From assembly GCF_009914755.1 (NCBI RefSeq), contig NC_060936.1: a stretch of 64,000 nt of DNA. One strand, given 5' to 3'. The notes below the pieces were generated by a model. It was not told the DNA's origin. It worked only from the letters and a program-made list of their open reading frames with translations, and did no database searches. The DNA is from the human T2T-CHM13v2.0 reference genome, Homo sapiens. The position numbers and the translations under genes were made by a program. Shown here piece after piece: positions 1 through 16,029 of the stretch (positions are counted from its first letter, which is position 1; each line of letters opens with the position of its first letter).

Positions 1-280
1 TTATGCCTGTATTCCCAGCACTTTGGGAGGCTGAGGCGGGTGGATCACCTGAGGTCGGGAGTTTGAGATCAGCTTGACCAACATGCACAAAGCCTGTCTC
101 TGTTAAAAATACAAAATTAGCCAGGCATGGTGACACATGCCTGTAATCTCAGCTACTTGCGAGGCTGAGGCAGGAGAATCGCTTGAACCCAGGAGTCAGA
201 GGTTGCAGTGAGCCAAGATCATGTCATTGCACTCCAGCCTGGGCAACAAGAGCAAAACTCCATCTCAAAAAAAAAAAAAA
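1..280 (+). mobile_element. Alu (AluSp/Sq-like), 5' end cut by window edge
   Basis: Alu dimer with linker and A-tail at 267-280; 'aacaagagcaaaactccatctc' end. Confidence 0.95.
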
Positions 281-394
281 TGTGGGAAGGAATATATTAT
301 GGAAAAGCAGGGGTGGCTCACAATGCGTGGTAGTAGAAACGGAGCCCAAACTCAAAGGAGAAGCTTAGGAATTTCCCTTTCTCATCTTGATTGC

Positions 395-743
395 TATCTT
401 AGTCCATTCAGGCTGCTATGACAAAATACCACAGACTGGGTGGCTTATAAACAACAGTAATTTATTTCTCACAGTTCTGGAGGTTAAGAATCCCAGGTCA
501 AGGCATTGCAGATTTGATGTCTGGTGAGCACTCCCTTTTTCATAGATAGCTGTAATTTCACATGGGGTAAGGGACAAGGGGTTTCTCTGGGGTCCCTTTT
601 ATAAGGGCACTTATCCCATTAGGGAGGGCTCCACTGTAATGACATAATCATATCCCAGAGGCCCCACCTTCAAATAACATCATCTTGAGGTTACGATTTT
701 AACATATGAATTTTAGGAGGACATAAACATTCAGTCCATTGCA
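395..743 (-). mobile_element. MaLR solo LTR (MLT1A/A0-like)
   Basis: 'tcttagtccattcaggctgctat...aatttatttctcacagttctggagg' and 'aaacattcagtccat' are the reverse-complemented MLT1A termini. Confidence 0.8.
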
Positions 744-869
744 GCTCCTCTATATATTTAAACGTCAATTCATTCTTTGCTCTCTGTTCACGTGGTGGAC
801 AAAAGACAGTGATCCCACAGTTTCCAAGTTTATATCTCCTTTCTTCAAAAGAGGCACTATTACATGAGG

Positions 870-1070
870 CTAAGAACAGGCTCCAGAGTCAGACAGAGGT
901 GAGTTTAAATCCTAATTCTACCATCTACAGGCTGTGTGACACTGGGAAAGTCATTTAACCTCTTGGGCCTCAGTTTCCTCTTCAATAATAATACTGATTT
1001 CATAAGGTTCTTAAAAATTTAGTTGGAAAACACATATAAAGATCAATGTTCACCACATAAATCTTCAACA
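870..1070 (+). mobile_element. MIR SINE (approximate bounds)
   Basis: MIR core 'tgtgacactgggaaagtcatttaacctcttgggcctcagtttcctc'. Confidence 0.75.
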
Positions 1071-1645
1071 AATATTAATTATTTAATATTATGATTAAAG
1101 AGGCCATCCCTAAATGAGTGAGTCTTGATAACAAATCCAGATTTCAAAAAAGAGACTCTGATTGATCCAACTTGGGCCAAGTGCTTCCCTCTCCTCTATC
1201 AGTAACAGCCAGAGGGTAGAGTCACAGCTGAGAAAGATGGCTAGCACAGACATTCCTGTGGTAGAGACTCAGGAGCCTGTCTGCAACTGAACCCAGGAGA
1301 GAAGATACCAGAATCAGAGAGAAGAGGTGCGGAGTGAAAGTCAGGCCCCTAACCTGCTGAGGGGACAGCTGCCCGTGGATCCCAGGCCACAGAAGAAAAA
1401 ACTTATTTGCGGCTTTTGGGCCTTAGCTAAAGAGACTCTCTCAGTTGATCTTTGGAACTTGTGCTACTGATTTTTAATTTAGTCAATATTGACTAGTTAA
1501 CCTCCTGGACTTTGAAATCATTGTTTACTCTCTTTTCTATCACTTTAGCTTGTTTGGATTATTCTTTTATTCTCTCTGACCTTTAGTTTCAGATTTTCCT
1601 TTATCTTAGTTGTTCTTACCTCATGGTTTGCTTGCTGCCTTCTGC

Positions 1646-1674
1646 TTTTTTTTTTTTTTTTTTTTTTTTTTTTT
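1646..1674. repeat. poly(T)29 tract
   Basis: Direct count. Confidence 0.95.
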
Positions 1675-2199
1675 GGTGGCAGGGAGGGGTTGGGTTCATT
1701 TATGTAACCTAGTTTCTTGTATCATTTTATCTTTATTTAACTGTTCTTTTTTATTGTTTTATTGCTACTTTTAAACCTTTTTATTATCTACAATTTTTAG
1801 TTTTCTGAAATTCTACCAGTGAAAAGTGAAGAGGAAGGAGTTCAGCTGACAGGATGACCCCTTTGACCCCAAAAGACGGATCGGGGCTCATTTCCATTTC
1901 AACCATCCTGTAGGGGCCCCCAGACCCTGATGCTGATCTACAGAAATCTCACAGAAACTCTGCATAATTTAGTTTAGAAAGGTGTTTACAGATCCCCTCG
2001 GTTAAGGATTACACATCAGGCTGCTTCTCACCATACTTTGTTTCTGCTTTTCTAGGATAAAGTGCCTCCCTTCAGCAGATTGAGTAGGCGGTGAGTCCTA
2101 TTCTGGAGAAAAAAGGTTTGTAGCTCTGCCAAAGAATCAGTGAAACAGGATGCAGCATTCCAGATGAAAGAGGCCTTCTCATCACTGTGGAGCTGCAGA

Positions 2200-3160
2200 G
2201 CTCAGCCCTAGGACCTTCTCTTCTCTGTCTTCATTCAGTTATTGATTTCTTAGGTACTATCCACATACTGATGACTCCCAAATCTATATTTTCAGAACAC
2301 AACCTCTCTCCTGAACTCTATAGTGCTAACCTCCCACTTGACATCTCAATTTCAATGTTCAATAGGCATCTCAAACTTAGCATATCCAAAACTAAATTAC
2401 TGATCTTTCCCCCTGCTGAACCAGCTCCTCCCAAAGTCTTTCCCATCTCAGATAATAGTAACATCATCTTTCTCTTACAGCCCATATCCAATCAGTCAAC
2501 AAATTCTATTGGTTCTACTTCAAACCTTGATCACCTCTAACCTGGAATAGTGCAGTAGCTTACTTACTGGTCTCTCTGCTTATATCCCTGCCTCCTACAG
2601 TCTACTTATTATACAACAGCTGCAGTGATCCTTTAGAAATATTTATCAGACTGTATTATTCTGCTGAGAACTTTCAATGGTTCCTCATCAGCTGGTTTCC
2701 TCATTCCTCCAACACAATCACGCTCCCTCTATAAAGCCTTTGTATTTGTTCTTCTCTCTTTCTGGAACGCTCTTCTATCAGATATTCACATAGCTTAATC
2801 TCTCACTTCTTCAGGTTCATGCTCAAATACCAGTTCATCATCCTGTACAAAATATTAATAGTACCCACTTCATCATTTTATCCCCTTCCTCACTTTATTT
2901 TTCTTTATAGTACTTATCACTATCTGCCATACTTGCTTATTATCAGTCTCCCCTAACTAAAATATTAGGTTGGTGCAAAGTAATTGCAGTTTTTCCCACT
3001 ACTTTCCATGGCAAGAACCACAGTTACCTCTGCACCAACCTAATACAAGCTCCAATAGAAGAAAAGTTACTTTTTTCAATTTTTTTCTTGCTGTATCTCT
3101 AATGTCTGTGTCTGTAATGGCATTAGAAAATACTCAATAATTGTTTGAATACACTAAATA
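2200..3160 (+). mobile_element. L2 (L2a-like) 3' fragment, interrupted by MADE1
   Basis: 'ctgatgactcccaaatctatat', 'aggcatctcaaacttagcatatccaaaactaaa' and 3' end 'tactcaataattgtttgaat'. Confidence 0.75.
2965..3043. mobile_element. MADE1 (Hsmar1 mariner-derived MITE)
   Basis: 79 bp; TIRs ttaggttggtgca...tgcaccaacctaa; TA target duplication at 2963-2964 and 3044-3045. Confidence 0.92.
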
Positions 3161-3204
3161 ATTAAATAAGTGATTTTAATCCTGGTATTATAGTTCAAGC
3201 AGCA

Positions 3205-3532
<328 letters not shown>

Positions 3533-3807
3533 TAAAAAGAGGGTGCTAAGATGCGGGGAAAAGAAAATTTAAAAAGAAGGTGACAACTGCATCAATCCTT
3601 GAATGAACTACCATTGTATGCAGGCACTGTGCCAGATGTCTCTTGTGGGTTATTTCTTTTAATCTTAAATGTTATAAGATAATTGACAATATTGGTTCAG
3701 ATCTAGTAGATTCTTTGAAACTTATCACTCATTATCTATTATCTTTTCACTCAAGCTGTAGTATTATTCATTGTCAAGAGACATAGACTTTAGAAAATAA
3801 ACTTGCT

Positions 3808-4127
3808 GACCAGGAGGGGTGGCTCATGCCTGTAATCCCAACACTTTAGGAGGCTAAGGTGGGTGGATCATTTGAGGTCAGGAGTGTGAGACCAGCCTGG
3901 CCAACAAGGTGAAACCCCGTCTCTACTGAAAATACAAAAAAATTAGCCGGGCGTGGTGGCGCATGCTATAATCCCAGCTACTCAGGAGGCTGAGGCACGA
4001 GAATTCCTTAAACCCAGGAGGTGGAGGTTGCAGTGAGCCGAGATCCTGCCACTACACTCCAGCCTTGGTGACAGAGTGAGACTCTGTCTCAAAAAAAAAA
4101 AAAAAAAGAAAGAAAGAAAGAAAGAAA
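3808..4127 (+). mobile_element. Alu (AluSx-like) with (GAAA)n tail
   Basis: Full-length dimer; A/GAAA tail. Confidence 0.95.
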
Positions 4128-4642
4128 TGTGCTAATCTTAATGTTGTATGCTTTTCCTCCTGCTATAAGGAAAGCAATTATGGCAGGTAAAGGCAAGCTG
4201 ACCATATTTATCCTAAAGAATTCAAAATAAAATCTAATTCATGAAAAAGGGTACAAAGTATTATGGATAATACAATCAAAGGAGAAATTAACCTCAACAT
4301 GTACAATCAAGGAAGATCTTACTAGAAGCTAGCACTTGATCTAAGCCTCAAATAATTGACATGCTTTGTAAACTCAGAAGTTTGATACAAGGCAAGTTAC
4401 AGTGTAAGGAAAGACAAAGAACTCTTAAAAAGCATGGTATGCAAGAAACCTTGTAAGGCAGTCCCCACTGATCTCCACCTCCTCACATTTACGTAGTTGT
4501 GTAATATTCTCCACTTGAATATGAGTAGGACCTATGACTTACTCCTAGCCAACAGAATATGGCAAAGGTAGGTGGGATGTCGCTTCCATAATTAGGTTAC
4601 ATGATTGTGACTTCTGTCTTTTTATTTACTTATTTATTTTGA

Positions 4643-5150
<508 letters not shown>

Positions 5151-5281
5151 TAATTTTTATATTTTTAGTAGAGACGGGGGTTTCACAATATTGGTCAGGC
5201 TGATCTCGAACTCCTGACCTCAGATAATCCACCTGCCTCGGCCTCTGAAAGTGCTGGGATTACAGGTGTGATCCACCGCAC

Positions 5282-5386
5282 CTGGCCAAGTCTGTTAGCA
5301 GACTCCCTATTGCTTTCTGGCCAAGTCTGTCAGCAGACTCCCTATTGCTTTCTGGCCAAGTCTGTTAGCAGACTCCCTATTGCTTT
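5282..5386. repeat. Tandem repeat, 3 x 35 bp
   Basis: Unit ctggccaagtctgt(t/c)agcagactccctattgcttt at 5282, 5317 and 5352. Confidence 0.95.
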
Positions 5387-8300
5387 CTCAGCATGTATGC
5401 TTTGATGAAAAAAGCTGTGATTTTGGAAAAGCCCATGTGTCAAGAAACGGAGACAGTCTCTAGCCAATAGACAGCAAGGAACTCAGGCCCTCAGTCTAAC
5501 AGCCTTTCACACTCAAGCCTTCTGATGAGAGCTCAGTTCTCACCAACACATTGATTCCAGCCTTACGAGGGACTCTATCTCAGAGAATCCAGCTAAGTCG
5601 TGCCAGTATTCCTGATCCACAGAAACAGCGAGATAATAAATGTGTGTTGTTTTAAGCCGCTAAATTTTGTCATAATTTGTTACAAAGCAAGAAATAATTA
5701 CTTTAATTTAGGACCAATGATACATTTGCATTTTCCCCAAAATCTTTTTTGTAACAAACCTTTTAATTTGTAGTTCAAGCATTTATTTAGTAAATATTTA
5801 TTAAGAGTCTGTTTTTTGTAATTATTGTTGTTATAGTAAATATAAAGGCTGGGACTATCAATCAGAGAAAGACCTCTCCTCGAGAAGACTGGTCCAGGTA
5901 GGTAAGATGTGCTCACAAATAATTAAAACAAGGTAGAAGCTACATGCTAAACTACAGGGAATAGCTGGGGATGATCTATCAAGAATGTATGGTGGAAGTG
6001 CACTGAATTGGGTCTTGAAAAGCAGGTTGGGCATATAGAGATACACAATGGAATGTTTATAAGCAAATACATGGAGGTGAGAATTATGGGGCATGTACAA
6101 CAGATGATAAACAATTTCTTTCACTACCGAGTGGGACACATTTAGGGTAGAGGGTACATGCAGGTAGACAGAATTGGAGAAGTAGGTTGGACCATATTGG
6201 GAACCTCCTTGAACTGTGGGCAAAGGGCTAAGAGTTGGTGCTTTTTAAAACCTTATATCATTTTGCCAAAAATAATAGTCCCAATTTCCTTTCTGAAACC
6301 TTCCTCATTCCATACCTAATACTTTTAAATATTGGGCCAACGGTAAAAACTTCCTGTACTTTTATCATCTCCCAGTTCGTTCAAGATTACTTATCCATTG
6401 AGTCTCTCTGAAATGGCTCACTGCATTTTATAACGCAATTTGAAGACCCAAGTATCACTGAAATTGAGAAACTAACACCATCTATAAAGTATTGTATGCA
6501 TTTTTACTACATGTAGATTATTGTGGTGACTCTCTGCGTTTGTTTCCAGTACAGAAAAAATTATTACAGCATTTCCGCCGCCCCAACCCCCCACCACCAA
6601 AATGTCACTTTCTTGAAGTATTCTCATTTATTCATCAGAGTTTGGAGGAAGGCCACATGGCTGCAAAATATGTATTTATGTCTAATTCGTGCACAGCTTC
6701 TGCCTGTAACTTCATTTAAGGTAGCTTAAATGGCACTCGAACAGACAATTTTTACCTGTACATTTGCCAGCATGAAATCACTTTGAAAATCCATTGAAGA
6801 ACATCTTGAAATTAATCTTCACTGGAGGCTTTCTCTACATAATCTCTGCTAGTTACAAAATTCTTCATAGAGATTCTCAGGGAGTTTCAAAAGCTTTCTG
6901 CTCACCCAACAGGATATGGCTCATTTTATAGTCTTTCATATATTACTTTAGAGAAGCACACAAACTTACCATCTTCCTTGCCTAATAGTAAAGGTTGATT
7001 GAGATCCTCTGGATTTGTGTTTTCATAGCTATTTTAATGCCCAAAACAACACATAACCAAGCATCCCTCCAGACTTTCAAAGTATCAACAAATAGTGTTT
7101 TTGAGCTTGTTTCTCTCAATTTTGTACTCTGTATATCTAATTATGCTTATAGCATGCATAATCCTATGACACCGACTGTCAACAATCACATCACCATACC
7201 CATATCTTCCCAGCTAAAAACTGTTTACAATTCAGTGTCACAATTTGATTTTTTTTTTTTTGATTGATGATACTTAAGCAGCTGGGAGAATTAATGGAGT
7301 TTAGCAGAGGCCACAGTCCTAACCAGGGTTTGTAATTGATATCTGGGAGGCTGCAGACTTTCCTTTCTGCAAAAGCAGTCCAATTAGTGAGGCCTGCATG
7401 TCTGTGCAAGGAGAGAGGAGAAGGTGGTGGAAGAGGAAACCTGAGGTCCCCTGAGGGTTTGAAACTGCTTGGCTCTTTCCTATCAGAACAGTTCCACAGA
7501 AGCAAGACAGGCAGAGTGCTTCTAGAAAAGACAGACTCTTCAAACATATTTGCAACATGTATTGCTGCAAATACACATAACATACAGTATTTGCAACTTA
7601 CAGTCATCATTCTCCAATTAATGTTCAAAAGAGTTTAGTGGTTTATTCCTCTAACCCTTAGGTATATAGGACATAAATTTATTCACTTAAAATTTAACTT
7701 GTCAATATAATTCACTCTGGAATATTTTTAAATAGTAAGTTGCTTGATTCACTTAAAATTACTTTATAATGCAATTAACAGAATTGTTTTTAAAGTAAGT
7801 CCCTTTGAGGCCTATTATTTGATTTTTAAAATTATTTTTAAAAATAATTTTGTATATACATAATAAAATGGTACAAAGTCTGAAGAATTCAGGGACCACC
7901 TTTATATCATTCAGCTTATTTGGTGGAGACCAGACTGGGAGAAAGGGGAAGAGTTTTGATAGCTTAAAGAGCTGTATAAAATTGTTTTAATGATTAATAT
8001 TCTTTAACTGCAAATGTATGAAACAACTGAATTTGTGGAATGCTTACTTTATTATAATTTTTTCCTTCATCAAACAGATATTTCCATTCCTTTGTTTTCA
8101 AATATGTTGCTTAAAATGAAAAGATTTACTTTTAGATTCTCTGTGTTCTTGACTACTGAAGTTTTCTTTTAATTTCAGCCTCTTAAGGTCAGAAGAATAT
8201 TTGCTTTTAATTTTGCCATGATAACATAGACCTCAACACTTTTGAATGCTTTCTTCATAATTTTTCTGTATATTAAATTGAAAATTCATCTCACTCATAA

Positions 8301-10286
8301 TACCCCATACAAGTCTCTCTTACATTTTATCTACTCTCCTGCCTATGACATTCATTTCTCTTTCCGTCCTTTGTTTGCTTATTGGTTTGTTTTTATTTAA
8401 TGGCCCACATCATGCTTTGAACTTTGTGTCCTTTTAAATTTAATATTTATACATTATAAATTTCCCAACCCATTGTGTAAATAAATTAGTATATTCATAT
8501 TCATTTAGTCAAATTTGTTATCGATTATCAGAGACTAAATAATTCAACAAATGTAAATTCAGTACTAAATTTAGAATAAAGCCAAGTGAACTGGTAATCA
8601 GAAGACAACATTCCCATGTAAGACTGCAAATCCCAGAAAGGCAGTGACCACGTGGTATTGTTCACTTTTGTATTCTGGGTGGTTAGCAAATTTTCTGACA
8701 CAGGCACACAGAAGGTGTTCAACAAGTGTTTATAGAACAAATGAACTCTGGGAGGTAAGTATTATCATTTTTCCCATTTTATTAATGAGGTCACATCATT
8801 ATTAAGTGGTAAAGCCAATATTCAAACTCCAGTATGGAGTTCACATTCTTAATTACTATGTAATATTGCCTGTCTTGGAAATAAAGGAGAGGTATCAAAA
8901 ATTTCACCACTCTTAGAATTAGGTTTCATCAAATATATGAGACATTAACTAACTTAGCCAAGAACAAAAAGAAATTTTACACTATTACACAAAGATTTTT
9001 AAAAGAAATAGAATATTCTCATGTAATCTCATTCAAGTATAGAAAACCTAGAATATTAAATATTTAAATCATGGGAAACCATTAACATATAATTTCTGCT
9101 GCACCATTTACTTTACCAAATATCAAAGCATTGTAATTATAGGCTTGCAAAAATGGTAAATGAATGGAAGAGTTCACTCCTAGGTGTATAAAAAAAAATG
9201 GAGATCAATATTATGCTATTACTGCTTGGTTTGCACATCAGAAGAAACATGTGAAGCAAATGCCAAGGCACCACAGTGGAGAGCAACGCACTCAGCAAAC
9301 AGATGGATTCATGTCTGAGATGCCAATAAGTAGATCCTAAATACTTTTCTCTCTAGAAAACCTGTGTGCCTAATTTTCATCTTAAAAGCTCAAATTTATA
9401 TTTTGCACTCTGGGCTTCATTGTAGATTGCATAATGATCCATTATGTACTAGAAGTCAAGAGTCTAGTATCAGTTAGTTGCTTCTGAATGTTTAAGGCAA
9501 CCAAGCCCTGGCATTGCTTTGTACAAATGATACATTTGGTTTGCAAAGCCTCAGAAGGTAATGACATAAAGTCGTTCAAAGCTGTCAAGAATCACTGCAG
9601 AGAAGACACGTCATAACCAATTATAGTTCCAGTAGGCAGCATTTAATTTTGTGTGAATTTAGTTCAAACTTTGAAGGTGTTTTGACTGATGAGAAATCCT
9701 AGGGCTCTGACACAGGATCTCTTAAGGCAGAAGAGCCCCCAGGCATCCACTGAAATTCAACCATAAAGGAGTGAAGGGCTGTGGGAATGCATCACTAATT
9801 CATGTCAATAGTCTCATAACTATTCACAATCATAGCAGCTATGGAGCTTAGTTGAGTCTCCCTTAGACACTCTCTGCAAAATATGCATAAAGATCCAATC
9901 TCAAAAAGGGTTCCTTACTAGGAAAAAGGAATAATTTTAACCATTATAGTTACCTGGTGGATTTTTGAAGTGACCAAGAGCAAAAAGTATTCCTAAATAT
10001 TGACTTTGGAAAATCAGACCTTGTTTTTGATGACCTGTATTGCTAGGACTCTAGGAAAAGTCCTGGAAAGTGCTCTTCTCCAGGATCAAGTGCAGTCGGC
10101 ACATAATGGAAAGCCCACTGTGAAATAATGCTGCTGTGAGCTTTTGGAGCTGAAGGTGAACTGGAAAGAATGATGGCTGAGCGCAATCCAGAATGAAGTA
10201 GGCTTTTGAGATGGAAACCTTGAAATCTCAGCTCTGGAAAGACTTTTTCTGAGCTAGTTATTCTGCAAAGATGCAGAGGCCATCTC

Positions 10287-10383
10287 TGTATTACTACTAA
10301 GCAACCTAGTACTAAAATGGTGTCTTATCCAAAATAATCTGTCAAGATATATTTATTGGATTGCTAGAGAAGGATTAGATCTT
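10287..10383 (+). repeat. 97-bp dispersed direct duplication, copy 1
   Basis: 93/97 identical to 11822-11918. Confidence 0.92.
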
Positions 10384-10989
10384 AGCCTTCTCCAGAAATA
10401 GCCTGTCCATGGTCTTTGATCAATCTTTTAATTCATGTTTAAACTTTTATCAAGCATCTTATTTGGTCAAAGATCTGATAATCCTAATGTAGTCCAGATA
10501 TACAAACTAGATGTGTCATTGTACTAAGAAGTGAAAATATGACAATGGCTTCTCTTGATTATCTCTATACTACTATTGAATCTACTTATTTGCACCATGC
10601 TTTTATAGGCCACTGAGTATATATATTAACTCTATTAATCACCACACCTCCATGAGCATTGGTCCCATTTTATAGATAAAGGAATAAAATAGAATGCTAC
10701 CCAAATGTGCATACATTTGAGCAACAGAACCAAGACTTGAACACAGGTTAATCTTACCAGGACCACTCCAGGATCATCTCTGGGAACTGCTTTCCAAAAA
10801 GCCCTTCCAAAATTAAAAGATTACCTTGCTAAGAAGCCAAATGAAACTCTGTCATTCAAAATTTACCTAAACTATTCTTGGAACTGTAAATATCACCTGC
10901 AGTTTCTTGAAAAGAAATGACTCTCTTCTCTGTGTGAGTTAGGTAACATTGCAGCTCATATGATATGCACCCAATGAATGATTTTTCCT

Positions 10990-11210
10990 CTAGAGTAATG
11001 GTTAAGCTATTGGTTCTAGAGTAAGACCATCTAATATCATAATACTGGCTCTAGGTATGTGACTTTGGGCAGGTTACATTACTTCTTTGAGCCTCTGTTT
11101 CCTTATCTATAAAAGATATAATAATAGTATCTATTTGATAGAGTAACTACGATGATTACATGAAAATGTCTATATGAGGTGATTAGCACTATATTAAACC
11201 CTCAATAGAT
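10990..11210 (+). mobile_element. MIR (approximate bounds)
   Basis: 'tgtgactttgggcaggttacattacttctttgagcctctgtttccttatctataaaa'. Confidence 0.75.
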
Positions 11211-11348
11211 GCTATTTTTTTCATATTTCCTCTTTCCTTTTATTCAGGCTACATTATGCAACCAGATATAGATGATCTAGGTATTAAATATAATCAAAGA
11301 GAAATAAGGCTAATATATATCAAGGCTAATTAACACACATATTTATTT

Positions 11349-11918
<570 letters not shown>

Positions 11919-12752
11919 TTATAGACTCTTTCCTTGCTCTGTAGTAAAGCCTGATTTTAAGTATGGACGTATAATTTATTTGCAGTAAGATGTAAATGCA
12001 TTCATTCAATAACAAACATATACTAAATGATCATTTTAACTGATTACAGCCTGAAATAATTCCAGGAGTGCTTTAAAAAAATGTATACTTCAGAATTAAA
12101 GCCACTTTTATAGACTATCTATTCTAAAATGATCAAGTTAAAAGGTAAGGAAATTGAGATCCTGAGAACTTTGTATTTTAATAAGAATCAAAAGAATAAA
12201 GCTTTATTAATGGCATCTTTGGCACGAGTCAACAGATAGGGAATATACTCCAACAGCGTAACATCATTAAATCACTTATTCAGATAGCTGCTCCCTAGTT
12301 CATTCCTAAAGAACAGTCTTATCCATAGGTCCAAGAAAAGCTAGTTGTTTATTTGAAGCAGAGGGTTGCGGGAGATACCAAGTGTTCCCACATGCTTCTA
12401 GGAATGTTCTGGGCTTGCTTTCTCATCACCAGTATGCTTACCATCATCATTTCCAATAGGCTTCCTACCTAGAAAAAGAATTGCCATCTCTCTTTATATG
12501 ATTTTCAAATAATTATAAGTAAATTCTTCAATCTTAATGCCCAATTCTAAGTGTTTCTAGCCAGTCAGAAGGGCATTAAGAAAGCAGATCAAGAACTGGG
12601 AGGTAATTTTATGTGTGAACAGAATGTCATTAATTTGAAGGGTCACCTAACTCTGTATCTCTGAGAAATGATAAATGGTTAATCAAGGACAGTGGGGCAT
12701 GGCATCATTCTCACAGACAGTGAACAGTAAAGCATTACTTTGGAATACTTTA

Positions 12753-13274
<522 letters not shown>

Positions 13275-13984
13275 TCAGTTTACCAAGAAACCCTCTAGCC
13301 ATTCACTTATCACAAGGCAGTGTCTATGACCCTCTTGAAATAGGCCCTTTGCTCCTGTTCCTTGTCTAAATGCACCAAATCACTAGTTGACAGCTGTACT
13401 CTGAGCACAAAGTGATGACCCCTGGAGCCCTGAAAACTGACTACTTCCCACTTTGTCCACTTAAATATCAATCTTACAAGCTTCATGAAAACAACTGTAA
13501 CAGAACTTAAACTGATATTCTTATCGTCTTAGAATTTTAGCAGAGGCCCAAACACTGAGTATAATTATGCCCAAACCAGTACTAAGACCCTATACATCTT
13601 GATATATGGGCCCCTGACACATACAAAGATGGAGTTTTGGTTCATCACTTCTAAGAACCTGAGTGGTGAAGATGTTCTTGGAGACTTGTCAGTGGTTTAT
13701 GCATTCCCTCAACACAGAATAGTGTAGGAGAAGGAAGTGCTTGTGCTCCCCTACCAACCAAACCAAATGAGGAAGGCTTTGGAAACCCACCCAGATCACT
13801 ACACCTGTGTCTCCTGGAAGTTAGGTGGCACAGGCTGTTGTATCTGTGCTTTCTGTTTGCTTTTTAACAAGTCCAATTTATTTAATAAAGTGTTATATTG
13901 TGTTGGTGTTTATGCACGTATTCTGCAATTAGTACTTTGGAGCTAATAATTACATTTCTCCAAATAATTGCAATAATGCCTTAT

Positions 13985-14190
13985 GTTTATATTAACAACT
14001 TATATGTGTCAGACATTGTGCTAAATACTTTTACAAGCATTATTTCATTCGAGCTTAATGATCATCTTAAGAAATTCATTAAAACTATTTTATAGTTAAG
14101 GAAACAAAGCCTAGGTTAAGATCACGCAGAAAATGGTGAAGGCAGAACCTGAACTCAGGTGGCCTGTCTACAAAGCTAAAGTCTTATTCA
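13985..14190 (-). mobile_element. MIR (approximate bounds)
   Basis: 'tgtgtcagacattgtgctaaatacttt...attttatagttaaggaaac'. Confidence 0.7.
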
Positions 14191-14359
14191 ATAGGCTTCC
14201 CTTGTAAAACATTGAACTAGGCATTATACAAAATAATAAAATAGTTAATGCTTTTAATGCCTAGCCTATGCCAATATCCATTTTCATCATATTATTTTCC
14301 ATTTTAAATATTCAGAAATTTTCACATTTTCTACATTTTTATCTAGGTGGCAGGAATGG

Positions 14360-14552
14360 GATTTTCAGCAATGAGGGAAATGATCTATATCTGTGCTGAC
14401 CAATATAGCAGTCACTAGCCACATGTGACTGCTGAGCACTTAAATGTGGCTGGTGCAATGGAGGAACTAAATTTTTACTTGAATTTTATTCAAATGTTTT
14501 TAACTTCAAACGTAAATGGCCATATGGGGCTAGTGGCTATGGCATTGGAATA
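14360..14552. mobile_element. MER3 (hAT-Charlie) fossil
   Basis: 'tctatatctgtgctgaccaatatagcagtcactagccacatgtg...gctagtggctat'; resembles the copy at 61308. Confidence 0.75.
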
Positions 14553-15352
14553 ACCAAAGATAATACTGCAGGCCTATCTTGGCCTGTCTGTCTATCGGCA
14601 GACCCAGGTATACCATATATCACACATATATAATAGAGACTCTAGATTACCTGAAAAAAAAATTCTAGATTAAGGAAGAGGTAAGTGACTCATTTTAGCC
14701 AAAAATCCTCCCAAGAAAATCTACCTAATATCTAGGATGATGCCAAAGTTTCAAAGATTCCTTTGGATACAGAGATTATGGATTTCCAATACATTTTGGG
14801 ATGTTCTCAAAGAATCCAAGCTGATGGACATTTTTATATCACCAAATTAGTTGTCATAAAACACTTTTTCCAAAATTAAAAAAAAAAAAAGGAATCGCTT
14901 CCCAATGGTTAGACTTAGATCAAGCTAAATATCTACTATCTGATAATCAAGGCAATTATTAACAGCTAGAGTATTCATTTGTTCTAGGCAACATTTTAAG
15001 AATGACATTCTGGAAACGATTTAAAAGACAACAATAAAGATAAAGAAGGTTCTGGAAAGATGGTCATATGAGAAGACATGGAATTGTTAGCCAAAAGAGA
15101 AGGCACAAAGGTGGTATAGGTGCTGCCCTTGAGCAATTGAATGCTTGTCACACAGGAAAGAGAATCCTTATTCTATGCTATCCAAAGAGAAGGACTAAGG
15201 TCAAAAGGGAGGACTTAAAGGGAGATAGGATGCCCCAATGTAAGCATGAGCAGGAAGTTGAGCTATTCAGCAGAATTCACTATTTAAGAAGTGATACACT
15301 CCAGCCACTAATTATGTTCAAACCGGTTGCAAAAAATTTTAAATTATAGTTA

Positions 15353-15677
<325 letters not shown>

Positions 15678-16029
15678 ATGCAAGCCCACACATTTCTACG
15701 GTACTTAATGAAAAGTTGTCACAGGACCTTAAGAACGCAAAAGCTTGGTTTAGCCATTACTTTTTGTTTTTGTTTTTTTAAAAGGAAGGTGTTTTGTGAA
15801 TATTTATATGTTATTTATAAAATGTAAGTTATAGCTATATCTATGCTATATCTTGTCATTAAAATTTGGGTATTTATCTAAATATATTTCCTAAAAAGGG
15901 CAAAGAGCTTTCTCAAGAATTTTTTGATGTAACAGTTCTAAAGACTACCGATGTGTAACTTTGAGATGACGAATGTCTATTATAAGACGTTATATTTGTT
16001 GGAATTAGTTGAAAATTCTGAGTGTTCTA

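Noticed and set aside
1646-1700. Isolated T29 tract as an orphan retro-insertion tail
   Set aside because: No TSD or attached recognisable element found; treated as a simple repeat
5282-5386. CRISPR-like array of palindromic 35-bp repeats
   Set aside because: No spacers; the units are directly adjacent, in eukaryotic TE-derived sequence
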